This document shows, one piece after another, positions 8,113 through 17,900 of a stretch of 19,077 nucleotides of DNA. Within the stretch, counting starts at the first letter, position 1. Every line of letters begins with the position of its first letter. The position numbers and the translations under genes were made by a program. The notes under the pieces were generated by a model, which was not told where the DNA came from, made no database searches, and was given only the letters and a program-made list of their open reading frames with translations. The stretch spans positions 1 through 19,077 of the forward strand of contig JBCBZT010000091.1 of the NCBI GenBank assembly GCA_039815185.1, given 5' to 3'. The DNA comes from Cyanobacteria bacterium P01_A01_bin.123 (GTDB lineage: Bacteria > Cyanobacteriota > Cyanobacteriia > Phormidesmidales > Phormidesmidaceae).

Positions 8113-9351
8113 ATGTGGAATCAAGTTAAACAACTCACGGCGAGTTGGCAAAAGACGGTTGGTCTAGCCAGCGTGTTACTCGGATTAACGCTGGCAGTTG
8201 GCACTGGCGCACTCTACGTAAGGGCCTCTGACCATGACGATGGCGAATCAGAAATCAAGGGGCGACATCTCAATCTCACCGATCTGTACGTATTTCGAGA
8301 GGCGGATCAAAATCCGGGGGCTGACGCTGACAATTTGGTGTTCATCATGAATACCAATCCGCGATCGCTGGCGCGGCAGCAGTATTATTTCAGCACGAGG
8401 GCACGATACGAATTTCAGGTGACCCGTGTCTCCGATAACGATGCGACGCCGACAGGGGTTGCTGACGTGACACTGCGCTTTGAATTTGATCCGCCCGATG
8501 ACAACAATCAGCAATCCTTTACGGTAACGGCGATCACAGATGGTGCAACCTCGACGGCTCGGGGGAGAACCACACCCATCACTGCCAGCCCTGCGGTAAA
8601 TCGGGTTTCATTGGGCGGCTCAACGTTAGGGGTATTTGCAGGCTTGCGTGAAGATCCGTTTTTCTTTGATGTTGAGCAGTATTTTCGAGTCAGGGCGGGT
8701 GCCCTCGGGATTGGCCCCGCAGCCGGGTTCCGAGACCCTAGCACGGCTATAGATTTTGCGGTGGGCTATAACGTCAATGCGATCGCAGTCCAAATTCCCA
8801 TTGCCTTTTTACAAGGGTCGACTGAAGCCACCACCTTTGACGTTTGGCAGACGATTGCTGTCCCCGGCGATGGCGGTAAGTTTGACCAAGTGGAACGGTT
8901 GGCCCGCCCTGCAATTAATGAAGGCTTGATTGTGACCAACGATTTTCTCAATACCTTAAACAGCGTTGGCCCTGACTTTGAGGCGGCGGCTCTAGCGCGG
9001 CGGCAACCAGCAGCTGGGGCAGCAGCACCGATCATCGCTGAGGCGAAACAAACCCTACTCGCGATTGGCAACAGTGACGATCGCGCCGATGCCCTACTCG
9101 GTGCCTTTCTGCCAGATGTGATGCGAATTGACACGACAGGGCCTAGCGGCTATGCGAACGCCCTGAACGACAATGGCAGCCCGATTCGGGGTCGGTTACT
9201 CAAGGACGATGTAGTCGATATCACGCTTTCAGTGCTAACCAACGGCGCGATTACCACCGACAACGTTTCTTACGAAGGCACGCCTGGCAATCCTGCCCAA
9301 GGACATCAGCCACTGGTGCCAGCCTTCCCCTACTTAGCACCACCGAATTAG
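8113..9351 (+). CDS. DUF4331 domain-containing secreted protein
   Basis: N-terminal hydrophobic segment, ASDHDDG, LTDLYVF, FAGLREDPFFFD, ERLARPAINE, GRLLKDDVVD, FPYLAPP; RBS GGGAGAG upstream. Confidence 0.9.
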   Translation: MWNQVKQLTASWQKTVGLASVLLGLTLAVGTGALYVRASDHDDGESEIKGRHLNLTDLYVFREADQNPGADADNLVFIMNTNPRSLARQQYYFSTRARYEFQVTRVSDNDATPTGVADVTLRFEFDPPDDNNQQSFTVTAITDGATSTARGRTTPITASPAVNRVSLGGSTLGVFAGLREDPFFFDVEQYFRVRAGALGIGPAAGFRDPSTAIDFAVGYNVNAIAVQIPIAFLQGSTEATTFDVWQTIAVPGDGGKFDQVERLARPAINEGLIVTNDFLNTLNSVGPDFEAAALARRQPAAGAAAPIIAEAKQTLLAIGNSDDRADALLGAFLPDVMRIDTTGPSGYANALNDNGSPIRGRLLKDDVVDITLSVLTNGAITTDNVSYEGTPGNPAQGHQPLVPAFPYLAPPN

Positions 9352-9368
9352 TCCTAGATCTGGCCCAC

Positions 9369-9408
9369 ATGTAGGTTGGGAGCCGCACTCGCGAAACCTG
9401 ACCTACAT
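9369..9408. repeat. GTAG-type REP-like palindrome
   Basis: ATGTAGGT-TGGG...CCTG-ACCTACAT hairpin with GTAG/CTAC ends, 17 nt after the DUF4331 stop. Confidence 0.6.
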
Positions 9409-9410
9409 AT

Positions 9411-9507
9411 AGCCGTAGCCACAAAGCTTTGTGCGCTACGGCGAGCCAGATTGCTTGTGTGTTCAGCATCCCAGCGATACTAGGTGCATTAAGCAATCTG
9501 GCCAGCG
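9411..9507 (+). repeat. 97-bp structured dispersed repeat, copy 2
   Basis: 88/97 identical to 2998..3094. Confidence 0.88.
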
Positions 9508-9625
9508 TTATAAAACAATACCCCTTGATCGCTGGAAGACCTCGCCCGCGGCAGATTGTTGTGCGCCATTGAGTTGCCGCAAGTTTTCTAGTGCCTGGAT
9601 AGTCAACATTAGACAGACGAAGATC

Positions 9626-10963
9626 ATGCTGACTTTTAAGCCCCCTAAATTTCTATGGAAGCGTTGGAAACCCTCTAAATCAACCGAGTTGATTCCACTC
9701 TCCGTACTGGCCATGCTGCTGGCATTTTCAGTCGGATGGCGTTTCCTAAAATCATCTGAGCTACAAAACCATGCTTATGCCTATCCCTTCTCTTTATCCT
9801 CAGAGAATAGCGGTCAGGAGACTTTAGAGCGATCCATTTCGTTTTATCAAGGGCGTGTCCAACGCAATCCTGAAGATGGGTTAGATCAGGCCGCACTCGC
9901 CAGCGCTTATCTCAAAATGGTTCGTGCCACTGGAAATGACAGCTGGTATCTATTGGCCGAACAGTCTGCGCAGCAATCGCTGACTAAGTTGCCTTTTGAC
10001 AATGACGGTGCTGTCTTGGTTCTGGCCCGGATTGCTGAAGCGAAACATGATTTTGCTGAAGCCAATCGCTTGGCCGAACAGGCTTCTGGCCCAGAAGCCC
10101 TAGCGATCATTGTGACTTCAAATCTGGCGATCGGTCAGGTGGAGGCTGCCGACGCAGCAGCAAATACATTGGTTGACCTAAATCCCTCCCTGGGGAGTCT
10201 GACGCTGCGGGCTTTGACTCGGTCGGCTCGGGGAGATCAGGATGGGGCGCTGCGCGATTTTCAACAGGCGATCGCGGCTGAGGAACTCTCTGAACCGAGG
10301 GGGTCAGCCTGGACTCGCACTTTACTCGGAAGAGTCTACTTTCAGCAAGGCAATTCTGCCTTGGCAAGTCAGCTTTACCGCGAAGCCCTACAAATTGTTC
10401 CAGACTACCCATTGGCGCAATTATACCTAGCTGAGCTAGAAACCCGGCTAGGCCATTACCGAACCGCTCAACAATATTACTTACAGGTGAACGATCCGGT
10501 GGCACTGCACGGGATAGCTCGCATTCAAGCATTGCAGGGGAACACCGCTGATGCACCCTGGGAAACCGCTGAAGCGGCGCTGCGACAGCATATTGATGAA
10601 AATGCCTTAGGCCATCGCCGCGACTTAGCCCATTTATTGCTGGAGCGAGGCAACACAGAAGACGTGCCGGAAGCGATCGCCCTGATGCAAGCCGAAGCGA
10701 GCAACCGACGGGATGCTAAGACGCTCGATCTCTTAGCTTGGTCGTTGTCTCGGGCCGGACGCTGGCAAGAGGCGCAGCAGATCATTCAAGAAGCTTTAGC
10801 GTCAGGGATTCAAGATGCAGGCATTTTTTACCGGGCAGGGGTGATTGAAACCGCCCTCAATCGTGCAAGTCAGGCCAATCGGTACTTCCGCTTAGCTCAA
10901 GAAATTGACCCAACTTTTGATCAGCAAGCACACCAAAGACTAGGACTTGTTGCACACCGTTAA
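9626..10963 (+). CDS. Tetratricopeptide repeat protein, membrane-anchored (DUF4331 partner)
   Basis: N-terminal TM segment, then multiple TPRs (e.g. LLGRVYFQQGNSALASQLYREALQIVP). ATG 9626 preferred because the track start at 9431 lies inside the repeat. Confidence 0.87.
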   Translation: MLTFKPPKFLWKRWKPSKSTELIPLSVLAMLLAFSVGWRFLKSSELQNHAYAYPFSLSSENSGQETLERSISFYQGRVQRNPEDGLDQAALASAYLKMVRATGNDSWYLLAEQSAQQSLTKLPFDNDGAVLVLARIAEAKHDFAEANRLAEQASGPEALAIIVTSNLAIGQVEAADAAANTLVDLNPSLGSLTLRALTRSARGDQDGALRDFQQAIAAEELSEPRGSAWTRTLLGRVYFQQGNSALASQLYREALQIVPDYPLAQLYLAELETRLGHYRTAQQYYLQVNDPVALHGIARIQALQGNTADAPWETAEAALRQHIDENALGHRRDLAHLLLERGNTEDVPEAIALMQAEASNRRDAKTLDLLAWSLSRAGRWQEAQQIIQEALASGIQDAGIFYRAGVIETALNRASQANRYFRLAQEIDPTFDQQAHQRLGLVAHR

Positions 10964-10985
10964 ACCATCATATGAGGCTAAAACA

Positions 10986-11297
10986 ATGCTTAATCACTTG
11001 CGCTGGGTTGCGTCTCTATCCCCATTGCTGTGCTTGATGTCACCCGCCTTTGCTGACAGTGACCCGGGGTTGTCACGACTGCGCTATCAATATCCGCCTG
11101 CGTCGTCTTCAGCGTTGGATGTGCCAGTTTGCTATTTAGAAACCGGTACGGGTGAGATTCTGAACTTAGCGCGTTTGTGTAACCCGGAAGGCTCAGGTCG
11201 CGATCGCTCAGCCAGCCAAGATGAGCCATGCTATTTCGTGGATGACAACGGTCGCCCCTGTGCGGTGAACACGGTACAGCAGGAAACTCAGCCGTAA
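10986..11297 (+). CDS. Small secreted Cys-containing hypothetical protein
   Basis: ATG 10986 with GAGG upstream, signal peptide ending PAFA, motif CYLETGTGEILNLARLC. Confidence 0.7.
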   Translation: MLNHLRWVASLSPLLCLMSPAFADSDPGLSRLRYQYPPASSSALDVPVCYLETGTGEILNLARLCNPEGSGRDRSASQDEPCYFVDDNGRPCAVNTVQQETQP

Positions 11298-11300
11298 AGA

Positions 11301-12857
11301 TTAGGGGATTGTCACACAATAGCGATCGCGCCCTTCTGCTTTGGCTCGATAAAGGGCGCGATCAGCTAAGTCGATCAAATCTATCGGCGTTTGCTGGGTT
11401 AGCGGCGGCGCGATGGCAATGCCCATGCTAACGGTCAACTGATCACTGACTTGGGAGTACTGGTGGGGAATCTGGAGATCAGCGATGCCCACTCGAATGC
11501 GATCGGCAACGATCTTAGCGCCAGCAACATTCGTCTTGGGCAAGATGATCGCAAACTCTTCTCCCCCATAGCGCGCCACCAGGTCAATGCTGCGCAAAAT
11601 GGAATAGCGCAGCACGCGACTCACTTGCTGCAAACAGCGATCGCCTGCCAGATGGCCATAGGCATCGTTGTAAAGTTTGAAATAATCAATATCGCAAAGA
11701 ATCACGGCAACAGGGCGATATTCGATTTGAGGTTTTTGCCAAAGGGTTTCTAGAAAATCACCCATGCGGCGGCGGTTAGCCAAGTGGGTCAGAGCATCTG
11801 TGATGGAAATGCGGGTCAATTCCTGGTTGGCCCGTTCTAGAGCGAGTTCCGCATGCTTTAAGCGGGTAATATCCGTAGCCGTGCCGCAGAGGGTACCTTG
11901 AATACCCATGCCTTCCTGTTGAGATAAGACCGTTTCACGCAGTAACAGCCACCGCCAACTGCCATCTTTAGCGCGAAAGCGATATTCTCCCTCAGCAATT
12001 TCACCCTCTTGCAAATGCCGTGACCGGGTGCGATGGCGTTCAAAGCCTGGGTAATCGTCACTATGAACGATATGTTGGCAGCATATCGGCTCAAACGTTT
12101 GAAACTCTGCCAGCGTATAGCCCAAAATCTTTTCCAGTTGGGGATTGGCGTACAGCAGTGTGTGGGTTGTCGCGTCGCACAGATACAAAATGCTGGTGCT
12201 GGTCTCGGCAATGCTCTGGATTAGTTGTTGGCTCTCCTGCCAGGCTTTCTCAGCCTGTTGGAGTTCGAGCTCAGCAATCGGATTTGGCAGTGGTAAGGGC
12301 TTGGGATGGTGGAGCTTAAACGCCATTTGCACCATCTCAGCTAAGTATTGGGCAAAGACGCGATCGCGCTCTGACCATGCGCTCTCCCCAGATCGATGCA
12401 ACCAAAGGCCACCAACGCTGCGATCGCCCTCAGTAACTGCCACAAACAGCAATGCGCTCGCTTGGGGCAACCCACCCGCCTTGGCTAACGGCATCAGCGT
12501 CGGGGCCTGACTCAAGGATGCCAACGTCAGCAGATGCTGACCCGTTAACCATTGCACAGCGCTGGCATAATCCAGATTAGATAGGGATATCGTGCGATCG
12601 CGATCAGCCTGACTCGAACAGATCCGCAGGTGCTCAGGCTGGTAAAGCCAAAGTTCAATACCCATTAACTGTAAGGGCTCAACCGCAAGCGCGATCGCGC
12701 TTTTGACCCCCTGCTCAAAAGTTGCGGATGGTTGGTTAATTAATTGCGCCACCTGCCCCCAAGGTAGCGGCGCACAATTATCGATGGGGTCGCCATTTGG
12801 GGGACGACAGTTGGGATCTCTAGGTGGAGGTTGCAAGGTATTTAAGCACTGGAACAC
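11301..12857 (-). CDS. Diguanylate cyclase (GAF-like, PAS/PAC, GGDEF domains)
   Basis: PAS (YANPQ..LGY, YRFRAKDGSWRW, DIT), DALTHLANRR, DIDYFKLYNDAYGHLAGD, I-site RSID, RYGGEEF, ADRALYRAK. Start codon uncertain. Confidence 0.92.
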   Translation of the reverse strand: MFQCLNTLQPPPRDPNCRPPNGDPIDNCAPLPWGQVAQLINQPSATFEQGVKSAIALAVEPLQLMGIELWLYQPEHLRICSSQADRDRTISLSNLDYASAVQWLTGQHLLTLASLSQAPTLMPLAKAGGLPQASALLFVAVTEGDRSVGGLWLHRSGESAWSERDRVFAQYLAEMVQMAFKLHHPKPLPLPNPIAELELQQAEKAWQESQQLIQSIAETSTSILYLCDATTHTLLYANPQLEKILGYTLAEFQTFEPICCQHIVHSDDYPGFERHRTRSRHLQEGEIAEGEYRFRAKDGSWRWLLLRETVLSQQEGMGIQGTLCGTATDITRLKHAELALERANQELTRISITDALTHLANRRRMGDFLETLWQKPQIEYRPVAVILCDIDYFKLYNDAYGHLAGDRCLQQVSRVLRYSILRSIDLVARYGGEEFAIILPKTNVAGAKIVADRIRVGIADLQIPHQYSQVSDQLTVSMGIAIAPPLTQQTPIDLIDLADRALYRAKAEGRDRYCVTIP

Positions 12858-13211
12858 ACAGGGTAGATACGTTTAGGTTGCCTGACTCAACCTAAGAAAT
12901 TGCCATTGCCCCTCGTCTTATTGTTCTCTTTAATACCTCATGCAAGAATCTTTATACTGATACTGAACTCGTCGCTTTAAACCGCAGATTGTATTATTTA
13001 GATGGCTTTTCTTGTAAAACCTAGGGGCAAATAGGTAAGCCAAATGTTCGATATGATACTCGTATATTGTTGCCGAATCTCTGTAACAGACTGAACCTAT
13101 CGAAGCATAAACCAAGTCCAACTCGGAATGTGAAGTTTTCCCCAGACAAAACTCGAGATCTAGACTTGGAGAAGGTTCGGGGCAACTTTGGCCACATCTG
13201 CAGTCACGATT

Positions 13212-13241
13212 TATAGCGCTGGCCAGATTGCCGTCATCTGG
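13212..13241 (-). repeat. Truncated third copy (right end) of the 97-bp repeat
   Basis: Minus strand CCAGATGACGGCAATCTGGCCAGCGCTATA matches the copy 1 and 2 terminus GCAATCTGGCCAGCG(A/T)TATA. Confidence 0.7.
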
Positions 13242-13251
13242 GCAGTCAAAC

Positions 13252-13284
13252 AAAAAACAGGCAGGAATAACTTCCTGCCTGTTT
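13252..13284 (-). terminator. Rho-independent terminator of ndhH
   Basis: AAACAGGCAGGAA-GTTA-TTCCTGCCTGTTT perfect stem ending in a T6 run, 20 nt after the stop. Confidence 0.88.
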
Positions 13285-13304
13285 ACCCCGAAGTTCAATT
13301 AAGT

Positions 13305-14489
13305 CTATCGATCGACAGAGCCCATGATGATATCAATGCTGCCGAGAATGGCCATAATATCTGCCACTTTGACCCCTTTCAACAGGTGGGGCAAAATTTG
13401 TAGGTTGTTGAAATCCGGCGGACGAATCTTGAACCGCCAGGGGAAGACATTGTCGTCACCCATGATAAAGACACCCAGTTCGCCCTTACCGCTCTCCAAA
13501 CGAACATAGTGTTCGCCAGCAGGAATCTTGAACGTGGGGGGGATCTTTTTGCCAATGAACTGGTAGTCAAAGTCGTTCCATTCAGACTTTGGTCCCTCTG
13601 CCATGCGCTTGGCTTCTAGGTTTTCGTAAGGGCCACCCGGAATCATCTCACAGGCCTGGCGGAGGATTTTGATTGATTCGCGCATTTCCCGAATCCGCAC
13701 CAGATAACGAGCCATACAGTCACCTGCGGTTTCGTAATGGACGTCCCAATCGAAGTCGTCGTAGCATTCGTAATGGTCAACCTTGCGCAGATCCCACTTG
13801 ACGCCAGAGCCGCGCAGCATCGGGCCTGAGAGCCCCCAGGCGATCGCTTCGTCTCGGGAAACGGTACCAATCCCTTCAATGCGACGGCGGAAGATGGGGT
13901 TATTTGTGATTAACTTCTCGTACTCGTCTACTTTGGGCAAAAAGTAATCACAGAAGTCTTCGCACTTATCAATCCAGCCGTAGGGTAAATCAGCAGCAAC
14001 CCCGCCAATGCGAAAGTAATTGTTGTTGATCAACCGCTGCCCCGTCGCTGCTTCCCACAGGTCATAAATCATCTCCCGCTCACGGAAGATGTAAAAGAAG
14101 GGGGTCTGGGCACCCACATCTGCCAAAAAGGGGCCAAGCCACAGCAGGTGATTGGCAATCCGGTTGAGCTCCAACATAATCACGCGAATGTAGCTGGCCC
14201 GCTTGGGCACCTCTACATCGGCCAATTGTTCAGGCGCGTTTACCGTAATTGCTTCGTTAAACATCCCGGCAGCATAGTCCCACCGAGAAACGTAGGGGAC
14301 AAACATGACATTGGTGCGGCTTTCGGCAATTTTCTCCATACCGCGATGGAGATAGCCGATCACTGGCTCACAATCGAGTACGTCCTCACCGTCCAAGGTC
14401 ACAATCAGACGCAGCACGCCGTGCATCGACGGATGGTGCGGCCCCATGTTGAGCACCATGGGTTCGGTTTTGGTTTCAATCCTTGACAT
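13305..14489 (-). CDS. ndhH: NAD(P)H-quinone oxidoreductase (NDH-1) subunit H
   Basis: 394 aa from [28 protein letters not shown], through GYLHRGMEK, to [10 protein letters not shown]. The true start is ATG 14489, not 14717. Confidence 0.98.
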   Translation of the reverse strand: MSRIETKTEPMVLNMGPHHPSMHGVLRLIVTLDGEDVLDCEPVIGYLHRGMEKIAESRTNVMFVPYVSRWDYAAGMFNEAITVNAPEQLADVEVPKRASYIRVIMLELNRIANHLLWLGPFLADVGAQTPFFYIFREREMIYDLWEAATGQRLINNNYFRIGGVAADLPYGWIDKCEDFCDYFLPKVDEYEKLITNNPIFRRRIEGIGTVSRDEAIAWGLSGPMLRGSGVKWDLRKVDHYECYDDFDWDVHYETAGDCMARYLVRIREMRESIKILRQACEMIPGGPYENLEAKRMAEGPKSEWNDFDYQFIGKKIPPTFKIPAGEHYVRLESGKGELGVFIMGDDNVFPWRFKIRPPDFNNLQILPHLLKGVKVADIMAILGSIDIIMGSVDR

Positions 14490-14903
14490 AGAGTTGTCTG
14501 TGTTTAGTTTGGGGGGTGGGTTCCACTGTCTAATACTATATTCTGACTCCTTACGGGTGGCTAGTTCCTGCCAACGGTTTAGACTTTCTCGATGGCGCAA
14601 TCTGGCACATCGGGTGGGGGGCATTCGTTGAGTCTGTCCCTGCCAATGAATCGGATTAAGCGGGGTTAAGGAATCTCGCCTGCAACTGTAATGACCTGTC
14701 AAGGGGCAAGGATCCAAAATCCTACCAACAGAGGATTGTCACAAGAGTGAGGAATGCGAGAGCCTAATGAGGCTAGGGATGACTCAATAATTTCGTTGTC
14801 ATCGGTAAGACTTGGACAAGGCTGGGCATGGGGATGTTCTCGTAACCAGTCTTTTTTGAGGAAATTCGCAGCAACAACCCACTTGCCAGCAAGGTAAAAA
14901 TCC

Positions 14904-17900
14904 ATGGTCTATCAGCGGAAACAGCGCGCCTACGAACAGGAGCAACAGCGACCCGTGCCGCCAGTGCAAACCAGTCTGTTCAACTCGCCAGATCTGGAGA
15001 CCGAGGAAGCCGACAATGCTTTTTCAGTGGATAGTTCTCAGCCAGGTCCCAGCATGGAGGTACGCCACAAGCAAGCCAGCAAGCCGTTCTACACGTTTGA
15101 CAATCTTGTTGGCAGTAGGCCGGTCTATCCAGTCCATCCATCTGATAGTGCTGTCCAGCGACACCCGATGTTTCCGGCGGAGCAGGCGCAACGCACTGGG
15201 TCGCTGGACAGTCACTTTCGGCATTCGGCAACCCGCCATGATTTCTTTGGGAGTGGGAAACCCGCCGTCCAACGCACCAAGATGGCGGCGGCAGATGTGC
15301 TTCAAAGGTCACCGGAAGGCGGGGCAGGCGGCGCTGGGGCGGTCGAGCTGACCCCCCAAGGCAGTGGGCGTCCGTTGCCCAAGCAGGTGAGCGACAATTT
15401 TGTGCAGTCGGGTTATCCCGAAGTGAAAAATGCTCGGGTGCATGTGGATGACACAGCCACCCAGAGCATTCAGGCCCACGGCTACACAATGAAGAATGAC
15501 ATTGTGGTGCAGTCGCGGGGGGCGAATGACCCGAAGCTGTTGGCCCATGAAGCGACCCATGTGGTGCAGCAAAGCCAGATGGCGTTGAAGCCGGATGTGA
15601 AGGACACGCCGATTAATGCCAACCCAGCGTTGGAGCAAAATGCCGATGACAATAGCGATCGCGTGGCCCGCAATCAACCCGTGAGTGTCATGGGGGCTAG
15701 TGCTCAGGGTGAGAATGGCGAGTCTGCCCCCCAGCCATCCCCAGTCACCGTGCAGCCATCCAGTCTCGCTGCTCAAACAGACCTCCAGAGCGGCAGGATG
15801 GGTGGCCCGACTTTACCGCAGCAAACGAATGGCATGATTCAGCGGAAAGTTTACCTCAGTGATGCCTATCGATTTTCAGCGGCTGCCGCGAGTTCCTATT
15901 TGCGTGAGGAGACAGTAAGAAGTCATTTATTAAAAGCAGGTATTCATGAGGATCGCATTGAGGCTTTAGTGAAGAAGTATGTCACTGGCAAGAACAGTGA
16001 CATCAATAATATCTCCCTCAGTAAGCTGTTGAAAGATGAAAAGAAAAACAACGCAGAAAAGGGAGGAAAAGCAGGTGAACTGGAAGAAAAAGCAAATGAA
16101 ATAGAAGAAGAAATCAAGCCCAAAAATCAAGCAGGCAATGCACTGTTTAAATTGCCTAACGACAAGCAGGGCAATGCTGTTAGTCATGATGGATTGTCAT
16201 TGCCTCAAGCGAGAAAATATTTAATACGCAGTGGAATTAAAGAGCCAGTTGTTGATTCAATAATTAAAGGCTATAAGATGGAACAAAAGTATTCCATTCC
16301 TTATAGAAGGATAGACGAAATAGTTAAAAAATTATCCTTGCAAGAAGGACATTATCATAAAATAGGGCAATCACAGGGATCTGGTTACGATCCAGCCCTG
16401 TCGGCTGCAATCAGGAGCCTGGGCGCATCACTGAAAACACCATGGGAGTTCAAATATGATGAATTGTCATTAGATGAATTGTCATTATCTAAAGCAAGAG
16501 AATACTTATTAAACAAGGGAATTGAAAAACAAACTATTGATTCAATCCTTAAATACTACGAGATGGATCAAAAGGATTCCATTCCTGTTAAAGAGTTATA
16601 CAAAATAGCTTACGACTTATTATTTCAACAAAATCCTGATGATGTTCAGGACTGGAAATCCCCTTATGAGGCTGCACTCAACGATGATGAGAAAGACATC
16701 AGCAACATCAGTGAACATGACGAAGAAGAGAAGCGAGATCACATCCCACAGAGTGTTACGTCAACTTCAACCTCAGCCTCAAGCAGTATGAGTAAGGCTG
16801 ACCAACAGCAAAAACCTGCGATTAAGCCAATCCATGATCAGGATAATAAGGCAAATGAAGAGATTAAGATTCGGTTTTGGAAAAGAATTGATGATAAACA
16901 AAACTACCTCAAATCAAAGAAAGTGCCTGTCTCAAAATTGGCAGAAAGACTATTAAAACTAGAGAAAGAACCTGCAAATGAAGGAAATGATGAAGAAGAG
17001 AAAAGTATAAATCAGTCGAATGATGCGGCGCAACCGATGGTGGAGAATATCTTGAAAGCGATTGCTCAAACGACCCCAGATGAGAGATGGCACGAACTAG
17101 AACTAGTCGGTCTTGTCCGTAAAGTTCTAGATCAAGCAAGAGAGTCTACGGAGTTGCCCTCTATCGTTCAGACTGTGATTAGTGAGTACAGATTGAGAAG
17201 GAAGGAAGGAACTTATTCTGATAGTAATGAAGAAAAGACTGAAGATACGGCAACAAAAACAATCTCTAGTACAGTCGAAGAACGGGCCGAGAAAGCCCGA
17301 GCAGGGAATAATGAATTCTTTGAACTTAGTAATAGCGAGCTCCCGGAATTTTTCACAGCTTTAAGCAAGCTCACTAACAACGAAGAATATGCCAAATTCA
17401 CTAAAAAGGATGCTTCTACAAAACTAGCCAGAAAATGGTCTCTAAATGGGGATCGGCCTCACCACTGGGCCCACGGTGCACGCCCTTGGTATCCCAGGGC
17501 TCCTAGGCATCAGAATATTCCTGGTGGTATACATGCAGTTTATTACCCTGAGAACCTTCCTTTATGTGGTGAGCAAGAAGTCCATCGCGGTGAACAGGCT
17601 CGATTCCCTTGGGCTGCCAATATCCAAAACAATGGTGGTATGACCTCATGGGCAATGGCAGGGAACAGAAACCCATACAGTCGAGACATAATTGCTCATA
17701 CTCACTTTAGTAAGCTTATGACTGATTCTGCCTATCTCTCTACGTCTACGGATATCGAAGTGGCAAAAAGGTTCACTAAGGGAAGCGGGTGGCTTTATAA
17801 GATACAATTACCTGCGAAAGTAGGCATTGACATTAACAAGAATGCACTGGCAAGGTTCGTGATCGAAGACGAGATAGCTGTTCCTTACATAATTCCATAT

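Noticed and set aside
9431..9625. Extended N-terminus of the TPR protein
   Set aside because: Starts inside the 97-bp repeat; ATG 9626 precedes the TM segment.
12930..13298. 122-aa minus-strand ORF
   Set aside because: Runs through the ndhH terminator and a repeat remnant, has no recognisable motif and a TTG start; probably non-coding.
14490..14717. N-terminal extension of NdhH in the ORF track (470 aa)
   Set aside because: Conserved NdhH begins at ATG 14489 (394 aa); the extension is intergenic read-through.
726..15662. Frequent GCGATCGC palindromes as a novel repeat
   Set aside because: This is the well-known cyanobacterial HIP1 sequence.
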